A stretch of DNA of 64,000 nucleotides from Polyangiaceae bacterium (lineage in GTDB: Bacteria > Myxococcota_A > Polyangia > Polyangiales > Polyangiaceae): positions 32,001 through 96,000 of the forward strand of contig JBILLK010000032.1 in NCBI GenBank assembly GCA_044376115.1, written 5' to 3'. Below, in pieces: positions 51,389-59,970 of this stretch (its first letter is position 1; every line of letters begins with the position of its first letter). The notes under the pieces were generated by a model that was given only the letters and a program-made list of their open reading frames with translations, was not told where the DNA came from and did not search any database. Position numbers and translations under genes: made by a program.

Positions 51389-52090
51389 ATGAGTGAACCG
51401 GGCCTACCAGCGGTAAGGCTGCTGGTCGGCCTGCTGTTTGCTGCCGTGCATCCTGCAACTGCGCACGGGATTGAAACCACGCCCGATGATCCAGCCGTCA
51501 CGAAAGACCGTGAGGCGCCAGAACCGCACGTTCCGCCGCGTCCACCGAGCCCGCTGGAGGTGGACTACGCCCAATACGGAGTGGCGTTGAGCGGGGAGCT
51601 GCTGATCGATGCAGGGGCGATCTGCCCTTCGGACGCGACCACGCCCTGCATCGTCGAATCGGGCGCCGGGCCGCTGCTGCGCGGTGGCTATCGCCCGGCA
51701 GGTCCTTGGTACATCGGCGGCGCCTACCAGTTCACCAAACTGGAATCGAACAACCTTTACCGGCTCGGCATCATGCAGGCGCTGTACGCGGAAGGCCGCT
51801 TCTACTTCGACGTGGGCGTGCGGGTGACGCCCTACATAACGTGGGCGCTCGGTGGGGCCATCTACGGCAACGAGTTCAGCGCTCAGACCGGCGGCGCCTT
51901 GACCAACCTTGGGGCGGGCTTCGAGTTTGAGGTCTCGCGCTTCGCGGTGGTCGGGCTCACAGCCGCTTATGAGCCGGTTTTGTTTGCAGCCTTTCAAGAT
52001 TCCACGACGCAAGAACGAAATGCGGGGGTCACGCAGTTCGCCAAACTTTCGCTGGTGGTGGAGCTGCGCAGCGAGTTAACGAGAGAATGA
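51389..52090 (+). CDS. Secreted / outer-membrane beta-barrel-like protein
   Basis: Signal peptide; alternating aromatic beta-strand pattern. Confidence 0.7.
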   Translation: MSEPGLPAVRLLVGLLFAAVHPATAHGIETTPDDPAVTKDREAPEPHVPPRPPSPLEVDYAQYGVALSGELLIDAGAICPSDATTPCIVESGAGPLLRGGYRPAGPWYIGGAYQFTKLESNNLYRLGIMQALYAEGRFYFDVGVRVTPYITWALGGAIYGNEFSAQTGGALTNLGAGFEFEVSRFAVVGLTAAYEPVLFAAFQDSTTQERNAGVTQFAKLSLVVELRSELTRE

Positions 52091-52148
52091 CGACCAGGTT
52101 GCAAACTCGTACTTGACGAAAGTTCCGCATCGCGGTCGCATCGGCGCG

Positions 52149-53906
52149 GTGGTTTGCGATGTCTGCGGGCGCGACAACCCGGATCGTCTTCTTTATTGCC
52201 AGGACTGCGGCAAGCGTCTGAAAGCGCCTTCTGCTTCCGGTCCTGAATCAACGCGGCGCTCACGACCTGAGGCCCCTGCGTTTTCCTTCGGCCCAGCCGA
52301 TACGCCCGCCCCCAAGATGACAAAAGTAGAGGAAGTGCCCAAGCCCGCCCCCGGACACTGCTCGACTTGCGGTGCGGACAACCCGCCGAAGTATCGCTTC
52401 TGCGCGGTGTGCGGCGGCACGATTGAGCCGGCGGCGGCTGCGCCTGCAGCGGTGGCTGCGCCTGCCCCAGCGCCCGCAGCAGCGCCAGTTGCTGCTGCGC
52501 CAGTCGCGGCGCCCATCCCGGTTGCAGCGCCGGCCCCGGTTACAGCGCCAATCGCAGCGCCGGTAGCCGTCGCAGCCCACGTTGAAACGCCGGAGCTCTC
52601 TGCGCTTCCGGGTCCGCCTGTCGTAGGGTCTCCCGTCGTGCCGATCGCCGGTCCGACGGTGAGCGTGCCGGTCTCCAAGGCATGTCCACGCTGCCAGGGC
52701 GCCAACGATGAGGCCGCGCGCTTCTGCAAGTATTGCGGCTGCGCGCTCTCGCGCGAGCAACAGGCGTCGTCGGCCCCGGCCGTGCGCCGCGTCAACACGC
52801 CCGTGCTCGTTGAGGCTCCCAAAGCCCCGGCTGCCGCCGCCCCCGTGATCTCCAAGCCCGACGTCGGGCTCGTTCAACCCGCTGCCCATTCGCACGCGAT
52901 GCCGGTGCCTTCGGTGCAGGTCGCTGCAGTGTCGGTGGTCCCGATGGCAACTGCGCAGGTGGCGGTGGTGCCGGTGGCAGAGGCCTCTGTGGCGGTGGCT
53001 CCCAGTGCGGACCCGCTCGGGGTTCGAGCCGCGCCAGTCGTGGAGAAGACGGGTCCACACCCGCTCGTAGGAGCCTCCGAAATTGCGGCCAAACTACGAC
53101 AACCGGCGAGCCAACTCGGGGTGCCCAAGCAGCTCTTGAGCGATGAGAAGCCGACCGCCGACACGCGGGATACACGCGCCAAAGCCCCGGAGCGTGTGGA
53201 GCGCGCAGATCCGACGAGGCTCGGTCTACCGCGGACGGAAGAGCGAGCCACACGGCGCGCTGCGTTGGTCGTCGTGGTTGAAGACGGCAGCGACGGGCGG
53301 GCGTTCGAGCTGCAGAGTGAAGACTCGACGATCGGTCGGTTGCAGGGGGAAATCCTGCTTTTCGATGATCCTTTCGTGTCACCGCGGCACGCCATTGTTT
53401 CGCAACGCGACGGCAAATGGTTCATCCGAGACCTGGATTCGCTCAACCACGTTTATCTGCGCGCACGTGGCCGCCGCGCTTTGCAAAACGGCGACTTGAT
53501 TCTGTTGGGCTCGCAGGTGTTAGAGTTTCACTTGGTGAGCGAGGAAGAGCGGCTGGGGACCCCGGCCATCCAGCACGGGACCCGGGTGTTCGGCAGCAAG
53601 CCCGTTCCAAGAATCGCGCGTCTCGAGCAACGGACGGTCGCGGGCCTGGTTGGTGACGTGTACCATCTCCACCGTGACGAGACCGTGCTTGGTCGCGAAG
53701 TCGGCGACATCGTATTTACGGCCGATGCGTTTCTTTCGAGGAGACACGCGTCCATCCGCAGAGATCCCGCCTCGGGGTCCTTCTCCATCGAAGATCTCGA
53801 TTCGTCGAACGGCACTTATGTCGCGATCCGAAAAGAGGCCCAGCTGAGCTCGAACGACAAGTTGCGCGTTGGACAGCACTTGTTCCGCTTTGAGAGCCGA
53901 TCATGA
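52149..53906 (+). CDS. Zinc-ribbon plus tandem FHA domain protein
   Basis: Three CxxC..CxxC ribbons; IGR..VSPRHA..DLDSLN and LGR..LSRRHA..DLDSSNGTY. Confidence 0.9.
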   Translation: MVCDVCGRDNPDRLLYCQDCGKRLKAPSASGPESTRRSRPEAPAFSFGPADTPAPKMTKVEEVPKPAPGHCSTCGADNPPKYRFCAVCGGTIEPAAAAPAAVAAPAPAPAAAPVAAAPVAAPIPVAAPAPVTAPIAAPVAVAAHVETPELSALPGPPVVGSPVVPIAGPTVSVPVSKACPRCQGANDEAARFCKYCGCALSREQQASSAPAVRRVNTPVLVEAPKAPAAAAPVISKPDVGLVQPAAHSHAMPVPSVQVAAVSVVPMATAQVAVVPVAEASVAVAPSADPLGVRAAPVVEKTGPHPLVGASEIAAKLRQPASQLGVPKQLLSDEKPTADTRDTRAKAPERVERADPTRLGLPRTEERATRRAALVVVVEDGSDGRAFELQSEDSTIGRLQGEILLFDDPFVSPRHAIVSQRDGKWFIRDLDSLNHVYLRARGRRALQNGDLILLGSQVLEFHLVSEEERLGTPAIQHGTRVFGSKPVPRIARLEQRTVAGLVGDVYHLHRDETVLGREVGDIVFTADAFLSRRHASIRRDPASGSFSIEDLDSSNGTYVAIRKEAQLSSNDKLRVGQHLFRFESRS

Positions 53907-55264
53907 CTGAAGCCACCGCAACCAAGAAGCAGCTGGCGCTTGCCGACGAGGAAACGCTCGTTGATCCGCCGTCCTCCGGGAAGGCCGCGGACTCGCGTCC
54001 CGGCAGCGCGGAACCACCGGCAGCAGCCGCCGTTGATGAGGCAAAGTCGGATGAGCCTGAGGCGAAGGACAGCCCGGCCCCCGCCAAAGACCTCGACTCG
54101 ACGGACGTTGAGATTGCAGCTCCCGTACTCGAGCCGGCGGCAACCGAGCCCGAGAAGCCGGTACACCCCATCCTGATTCGCGTCTTTGGACGCACCGACG
54201 TCGGTCAGGTGCGTGAGCACAACGAGGACAACTTCCTCGTCGCCGACCTGTCGAAGGGAAGCCGCGGCTTGATGGAGGGCGACCGTCGGCAAGAGGTCGG
54301 CCCGCGCGGCACCGTGCTCGGCGTGTGTGACGGCATGGGCGGCGCCGCAGCGGGCGAGGTCGCAAGCCAACTCGCGGTGGACATCGTCTATCAACGGATG
54401 CTCGCGGGCGAGCCCCCGGCCTCGCAAAACGAGCTCGCGGCGCGGCTCGTACACTCGATCGAGTCGGCCGGCATGCGCATCTTTGCAGACGCCAAGGCCG
54501 ACCGTTCGCGCAGAGGCATGGGCACCACGGCGACGGTCGCTGCGCTCGTGGACTCACGGCTCTACCTCGGTCAGGTCGGAGACAGCCGCGGCTATCTGCT
54601 CCGCGGTGACAGGCTCGTGCAAGTCACGCGTGATCAGTCGCTGGTGAACCAGCTGATTGAGGCCGGGCAGCTGACCGAAGAAGAGGCCGAGACCTTCGAA
54701 CACAACAACATCATCCTGCAAGCGCTCGGTACGGCTGAGACCGTGCAGGTGGATCTCACCTACGTGGATCTGATGCGAGGAGACACGCTGCTCCTGTGCA
54801 GCGACGGTCTCTCCGGGATGGTCCGCAACGACGAGATCCGTGAGGTGTTGCGCTCGTTCCCGGACCCGCTCGAGGCCTGCCGCGAACTGACGGATCGGGC
54901 CAATCTTGCTGGCGGTCACGACAACGTGACGGTGGTGGTTGCCCGTTTCGAGGGCGAGGGGCTGGCCGAGCCAACCAAGGCCGACATCGACGATCTCAAG
55001 TACCGCAAGAGCGAGCTGATCGAGTCCGGCCGGAGCCCAGAGAACAGTCCGCGCTCGAGCATGCGGCCAGGCCGAGCCTCACTTACGCCCAACATCGAGG
55101 TTCGGGACTACGAGGACGATGGGGACTACCCGGAGCTGCGACAGCTCCGCCACGACGACCCGGTCGAACTACCGAGAGAGTCGGCGCCTTCGTGGATCGT
55201 GACGATGCTGATCGTGAGCGCGGTAACGTGCATCGTGGTGCTCAGCTACTACTTCCTCCGGTGA
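53903..55264 (+). CDS. PP2C-family Ser/Thr protein phosphatase, C-terminal TM
   Basis: TDVGQVREHNED, CDGMGG, MGTT, VGDSRGY, CSDGL, GGHDNVT. Confidence 0.94.
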   Translation: MTEATATKKQLALADEETLVDPPSSGKAADSRPGSAEPPAAAAVDEAKSDEPEAKDSPAPAKDLDSTDVEIAAPVLEPAATEPEKPVHPILIRVFGRTDVGQVREHNEDNFLVADLSKGSRGLMEGDRRQEVGPRGTVLGVCDGMGGAAAGEVASQLAVDIVYQRMLAGEPPASQNELAARLVHSIESAGMRIFADAKADRSRRGMGTTATVAALVDSRLYLGQVGDSRGYLLRGDRLVQVTRDQSLVNQLIEAGQLTEEEAETFEHNNIILQALGTAETVQVDLTYVDLMRGDTLLLCSDGLSGMVRNDEIREVLRSFPDPLEACRELTDRANLAGGHDNVTVVVARFEGEGLAEPTKADIDDLKYRKSELIESGRSPENSPRSSMRPGRASLTPNIEVRDYEDDGDYPELRQLRHDDPVELPRESAPSWIVTMLIVSAVTCIVVLSYYFLR

Positions 55265-55280
55265 GTGCCGCCGAGCTCAC

Positions 55281-57401
55281 GTGATTGCTCAGCTTGCACG
55301 GCGAATCCTCTGGCTGATTCCCGTCGTCTTCTTCGCCTCGATCGTCGCCTTCCTGCTCTTCTCCAAGAGCCCCGCGAGCGTCGGGCCCCAGCTTCGTTTT
55401 GCCGCCGAGACCGCAGAGGATCGCGAGCGAGCGCTGTTCGCCGAGCTACCGACCTTCTTCAACCTCGGCGTCAGCGACGTGCGCGATCTCACGAACACAG
55501 CGCTCGTGGACGTGGAGGCGGACGAGGCCGAGCGCCGCGCACGAGGACGGCGCGAACTGCGGCGGATCGGCGGCGCTGGCTTCCCTACCGTGTTCGCTTC
55601 ATTCAGCGACTTCAGCGAGCCAACGAAGGTCGCGATCGGGCTTTCGCTCGCGCCGGTTGCAGCGCGGATGCGTTTACCGCGCGCCGGGGATGCGGCCGAC
55701 CCGAGCCGCACGGTCGACTTCTGGTCGCGCCATTGGGAGGCCCGCTCGACCGAGTACCGCGAGGCCAACGTAAAGAACGCCCTCGCGCGGCTGCGTCGCT
55801 ACAAGACCGACGCGCGGCTGAGCGAGCTAGCGGAGCTCGACACCTTTGCGTTGCCGGCCTTGCTCTCGGATCTGAACCCGCCGAAGAACGACGAGGAGCT
55901 GCAGATCGCTCGGGCGATCGTCGAGGTCGCCGCGCGCGTAACCGAACGCGATGATCGCATCGCTGCAGACGCCGATCTCGAATCGGCCAAGCGTTGTGTG
56001 CTCCGCTGGCGGCGCTTCTGGTGGCTCTACGAGCGCGACTTCACCACGCTGGACGGCAAGACCCGCGCGGGCAGCGCCTTTACGCAAACCCGCTACGGAA
56101 AATGGCTCGAGGGCGAGGTGCTCTCGGCCACGCGCGAGAAGAGCCCTTCCGCCGATCTGGCGCGCTATGCGCACTGGTTGCGGCATACGGCCTTGCATTT
56201 GACCGGCGGCCTGCTGCTCGGCTTCCTGTTCAACCTCGCGGGGTCGTGGCGCAACCAAGCGATCAAGCCGTGGACTTCGATGCTCGCCAATCCGCTCGCC
56301 GACGGAGTGCCCAGCGTGCTGCTTGCGTTGCTGCTGGTAGCGCTCACCGGCCTGCTCCCCGGCCTGGTGCTGGCTGCACTCTGCGTCGGTGCGGCGCTGT
56401 TAGCGGCGCCTGCTGCGCGCGCCCCACGAGCGATCGCGAGCAGCGCTCCGCGCCTACTGCGAGCCGCCGAACTCACGGCCCGCTCGCTGCCACGAGCGCT
56501 CACCGCAATCTTCGCGGCCGAGTTCTTGTTGGGCCTGCCAGGGATCGGGACGGCGCTGCGTGTGGGCATCGAGCGACGCGACGCGGTGTTGGTCACGGTC
56601 ATGGCCGTGAGCTGGCTCTTCTTCGCCAACCTCGCGGTCGCGTTCGCGCAGGCCGTCGAACGTGGCTTGTTCGCGCGCCGCGCCGCGTGGATTGGGCTCG
56701 CGACCGCTCTCGCGTTTGCAGCGCTCAGCGTGGCGGCTGTCCCCTACGAAGCCAGCGTCCCTGCGTTGGCTGCGCCAATAAAACCAGCCTTCACCGTCCT
56801 ACCAGCCACTGCGCGAACCTTGGGCTGCACGCTGATTTCGCTGTTTCTGGGTGGGGGGCTCGGCCTGTTGACGGCGGCCTTGGTCGCGCGTCGGAAGCGG
56901 CCGCGGGAAGGCTTGCTCTCGACCGTGAGCCGCCTGTTCGATGCAGCGCCGAGCATCCTGATCGTCGTGCTGGTTCGTTCGTACGAGGGGATCGACAGCG
57001 ACACGGCGGTGGTGCTGAGCGCGAGCTTCACACTGTGGGCGCTGACAGCCACCGCCTTCGGCGATCGGCTCCGCCAGCTGCGTCGCACCGACTATGGCCT
57101 CGCCTCGTTGGCGTTGGGCGTAAGTGAGGCCGGCTTCGTGCGGCTGCATGGCTGGCCCTTCCTTCGAAGCAACGTCGGCTACGTGGTGCTGACCGGGCTC
57201 GGCGTCGTGATCAGCTTGGAGGCGAGCCTGAGCTGGATGGGCTTCGCACAAGACGCCTCGTGGGGCACGCTGCTCGCCGCAGAGGCCGCACATTCGCAGC
57301 CGCCGCTCTTGGCCTGTGCCATCGCCTTGCTGCTGGCTGCCGCCTACTTCACGGCACGACGCTTCGAGCTGCGCGCGCTCCGTCCGGCAAACCAAGGTTG
57401 A
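55281..57401 (+). CDS. Fused DppB/DppC-like ABC permease with large extramembrane helical insert
   Basis: MIAQLARRILWLIP.. DppB-like start; EFLLGLPGIG; DYGLASLALG..H..P and EASLSWMG..SWG DppC-like motifs. Confidence 0.75.
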   Translation: MIAQLARRILWLIPVVFFASIVAFLLFSKSPASVGPQLRFAAETAEDRERALFAELPTFFNLGVSDVRDLTNTALVDVEADEAERRARGRRELRRIGGAGFPTVFASFSDFSEPTKVAIGLSLAPVAARMRLPRAGDAADPSRTVDFWSRHWEARSTEYREANVKNALARLRRYKTDARLSELAELDTFALPALLSDLNPPKNDEELQIARAIVEVAARVTERDDRIAADADLESAKRCVLRWRRFWWLYERDFTTLDGKTRAGSAFTQTRYGKWLEGEVLSATREKSPSADLARYAHWLRHTALHLTGGLLLGFLFNLAGSWRNQAIKPWTSMLANPLADGVPSVLLALLLVALTGLLPGLVLAALCVGAALLAAPAARAPRAIASSAPRLLRAAELTARSLPRALTAIFAAEFLLGLPGIGTALRVGIERRDAVLVTVMAVSWLFFANLAVAFAQAVERGLFARRAAWIGLATALAFAALSVAAVPYEASVPALAAPIKPAFTVLPATARTLGCTLISLFLGGGLGLLTAALVARRKRPREGLLSTVSRLFDAAPSILIVVLVRSYEGIDSDTAVVLSASFTLWALTATAFGDRLRQLRRTDYGLASLALGVSEAGFVRLHGWPFLRSNVGYVVLTGLGVVISLEASLSWMGFAQDASWGTLLAAEAAHSQPPLLACAIALLLAAAYFTARRFELRALRPANQG

Positions 57402-57490
57402 TGCGGCAATCGGAAGTCATTCGCGCGCGTTAGCGGCGAGCGGCTAAGCGTGGGCTCGCAATCCTCCCGGGGCTACGTTAGAACCCGGCC

Positions 57491-58132
57491 ATGGCCATTG
57501 CCTATGTGACAGAGGCAGACTTCGAGCGCGAAGTCATCAAGAGCGAGCACACCGTGCTCGTGTATTTCACCGCCGATTGGTGCCAGCCGTGCAAAACGAT
57601 GGCACCGGAGATCGACGCCCTCGCACGTGAAACCGAAGGCAAACTCAAGATCCGCAAGGTCGACATCGACAAGTCCAAGCGGCTTGCGCAGTTGCTTCGC
57701 ATTCAGTCGGTGCCGAGCTTCGTCGTGTTTGCAAAAGGGCGCCCGGTGCTGATGGAGGCGGGCGTTCGGCGCAAGTCGGACTTGCTGGCCATGCTCGATC
57801 CGTTCATGCCGCGGCCCGAAGGGGCTGTGAAGCCTGCAGAGCTTGCGCAGCTGATCGCGCAGGGGCACGTGACCGCGGTGGATATTCGCGAGGCCAGCGC
57901 CTTCAACCGAGCTCGCCTGCCCAGGGCCGCGAGCTTCCCCGAAGCCGAGATCGAGTCGCGCTTGGCCGAGCTGCAGATGCTGGATGGCGAGCCGGTCCTC
58001 TACTGTCGCACCGGTGAAAAATCCCGTGAGCTCGCCGACAAACTGGCCGCGGCTGGGATGGGCGTCGCCTTCTTGGAGGGCGGTATTTTGGCGTGGGAAA
58101 GCGCGTTTTTGCCGGTGGAGCGACCCGATTGA
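57491..58132 (+). CDS. Thioredoxin-rhodanese fusion protein
   Basis: FTADWCQPCK, IQSVP; DIRE, YCRTGEKS, LEGGILAW. Confidence 0.9.
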   Translation: MAIAYVTEADFEREVIKSEHTVLVYFTADWCQPCKTMAPEIDALARETEGKLKIRKVDIDKSKRLAQLLRIQSVPSFVVFAKGRPVLMEAGVRRKSDLLAMLDPFMPRPEGAVKPAELAQLIAQGHVTAVDIREASAFNRARLPRAASFPEAEIESRLAELQMLDGEPVLYCRTGEKSRELADKLAAAGMGVAFLEGGILAWESAFLPVERPD

Positions 58133-59853
58133 ACACCAACGTCGTTACGGAGCTGACAGCTGTCTTACGAGCGGCCATCGTCAAAACGCTCGGCCCTGAG
58201 TTCGCCCAAACCGATCCGATGTTGCGCCGCTCGACGCACGCGGATTTCCAAGCCAACTGCGCGCTCGCGCTGCAGAAGCTGACCAAAGAGAATCCACGCG
58301 CGCTGGCCACCAAGATCGTCGCCAATCTCGATGCGCCCTCGGTGCTCGAGCGCGTCGAGATCGCCGGGCCTGGCTTCCTCAACATCCATCTGCGGGCAGA
58401 CTTCCTGGCGTCGGCGCTGGCGGCGCAACTCGCCGACGAGCGGGCCGGCGTAGCGCTATCCCCTGCCCCCGAGGTCGTCGTGATCGACTACTCCTCGCCC
58501 AACGCCGCCAAGGAGATGCACGTCGGGCATTTGCGCAGCACGGTGATTGGGGACGCACTGCACCGCGTGCTCGCCTTCCGCGGTCATCGCGTGGTGCCGC
58601 AAAATCACCTGGGAGATTGGGGCACGCCCTTCGGCATGTTGATCGAGCACCTACTCGATTCCGACGCCGACGGCACCACCGACACGGCGGCGCTCAACAG
58701 CTTCTACAAGCAGGCGCGCGCAAAGTTCGACAGCTCGCCGGAGTTCGCCGAGCGCGCGCGACGGCGGGTCGTGCTGTTGCAAGCGGGCGACGCAGAGACG
58801 CTCGCCTCGTGGCGCAGGCTGATCGACGAATCGAAGCTGTACATGCGCGGGATTTACGCTCGCTTGGGCGTGTTGCTCAAAGACGAGGACATCTGCGGCG
58901 AGAGCTTCTTCAACCCGGCGCTCGCGCCGCTGGCGCAGGAGCTCGAAGAGCGCGGGCTCGCCAGCATCAATGAAGGCGCGCTGTGTATGTACCCGCCTGG
59001 CTTCGTCAATCGCGAGGGCAACCCGATGGCGCTGATGCTGCGCAAGCAGGACGGCGGCTTCGGCTATGGCGCGACGGATGTCGCCGCGCTGCGGTACCGC
59101 GTGGAGAAGCTCGGCGGGACCCGACTTTTGTACGTCGTCGGCTCGCCGCAATCGCAGCACTTGGCGATGATCTTCAAGGCCGGCGAGCTCGCTGGCTACA
59201 TGGGTGGCGCACGTGCCGAGCACGTGCAGTTCGGCTCGGTGCTCGGCGCCGACGGCAAGATGTTCAAGACCCGTGAAGGAGAGACGGTTCGCCTCTCTGC
59301 GTTGCTGGCCGAAGGTGAAGAACGGGCGAAGGCCACCGTGCTCGCCAAGGCCGCCGAGCGCGAGGAAGCACCCGCCGATGTGGACGGAGCTGCTCACTCG
59401 ATCGCGATCGCAGCGATCAAGTACGCCGATCTCTCGAGTGATCGCATCAAAGACTACGTGTTCGATTGGGACCGTATGCTGGCAGCCACGGGCAACACAG
59501 GCCCCTACCTGCAATACGCCTACGCTCGAACCCAGTCGATCTTGCGCAAGGCCGACGCGCCGTTCGAGTCGGCCCCCATTCTGCTCAATGAGCCGGCCGA
59601 GCGCGCGCTCGCACTTACGTTGCTGGCCTTCTCTGAGGCCGTGATCGACGTGGAGGGCTCGCTCGAGCCGCACCGGCTTTGTACCTATCTTTACGAGCTT
59701 GCCTCGGTGACCAGCACCTTTCTCACCGCCTGCCCCGTGCTCAAGGCCGAGCCGGAAATTCGGGCGTCACGCTTGGCGCTCTGCAAGCTCTCAGGCCAGG
59801 TACTGCAACGCGGCCTCGAGCTGCTCGGCATCACCGCGATCGAGCGGATGTAG
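58129..59853 (+). CDS. argS: Arginine--tRNA ligase
   Basis: DFQAN, AGPGFLN, DYSSPNAAKEMHVGHLRS, GDWG, KMFKTR, GNTGPYLQYAYAR, ERM end; TTGA overlap. Confidence 0.97.
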   Translation: MNTNVVTELTAVLRAAIVKTLGPEFAQTDPMLRRSTHADFQANCALALQKLTKENPRALATKIVANLDAPSVLERVEIAGPGFLNIHLRADFLASALAAQLADERAGVALSPAPEVVVIDYSSPNAAKEMHVGHLRSTVIGDALHRVLAFRGHRVVPQNHLGDWGTPFGMLIEHLLDSDADGTTDTAALNSFYKQARAKFDSSPEFAERARRRVVLLQAGDAETLASWRRLIDESKLYMRGIYARLGVLLKDEDICGESFFNPALAPLAQELEERGLASINEGALCMYPPGFVNREGNPMALMLRKQDGGFGYGATDVAALRYRVEKLGGTRLLYVVGSPQSQHLAMIFKAGELAGYMGGARAEHVQFGSVLGADGKMFKTREGETVRLSALLAEGEERAKATVLAKAAEREEAPADVDGAAHSIAIAAIKYADLSSDRIKDYVFDWDRMLAATGNTGPYLQYAYARTQSILRKADAPFESAPILLNEPAERALALTLLAFSEAVIDVEGSLEPHRLCTYLYELASVTSTFLTACPVLKAEPEIRASRLALCKLSGQVLQRGLELLGITAIERM

Positions 59854-59877
59854 CGAGTCGGGCGACGCTGGGCAGCC

Positions 59878-59952
59878 TGTGGAAAACCCGTGGAGGGTTT
59901 TCCACAACTAGCCCCTTTGTGCGGCTTTTCGGCCCGAGCTATCGGTGGATAA
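59878..59952. promoter_or_regulatory. DnaA-box cluster / 12-bp hairpin between convergent argS and larC
   Basis: TGTGGAAAACCC-GTGGA-GGGTTTTCCACA (59878-59906); GGTGGATAA 59944-59952. Confidence 0.55.
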
Positions 59953-59970
59953 CTTGTGCTCGACCGGTGG

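Noticed and set aside
59854..59970. oriC
   Set aside because: Only three good boxes, no AT-rich unwinding element or origin-linked genes; kept only as a DnaA-box cluster
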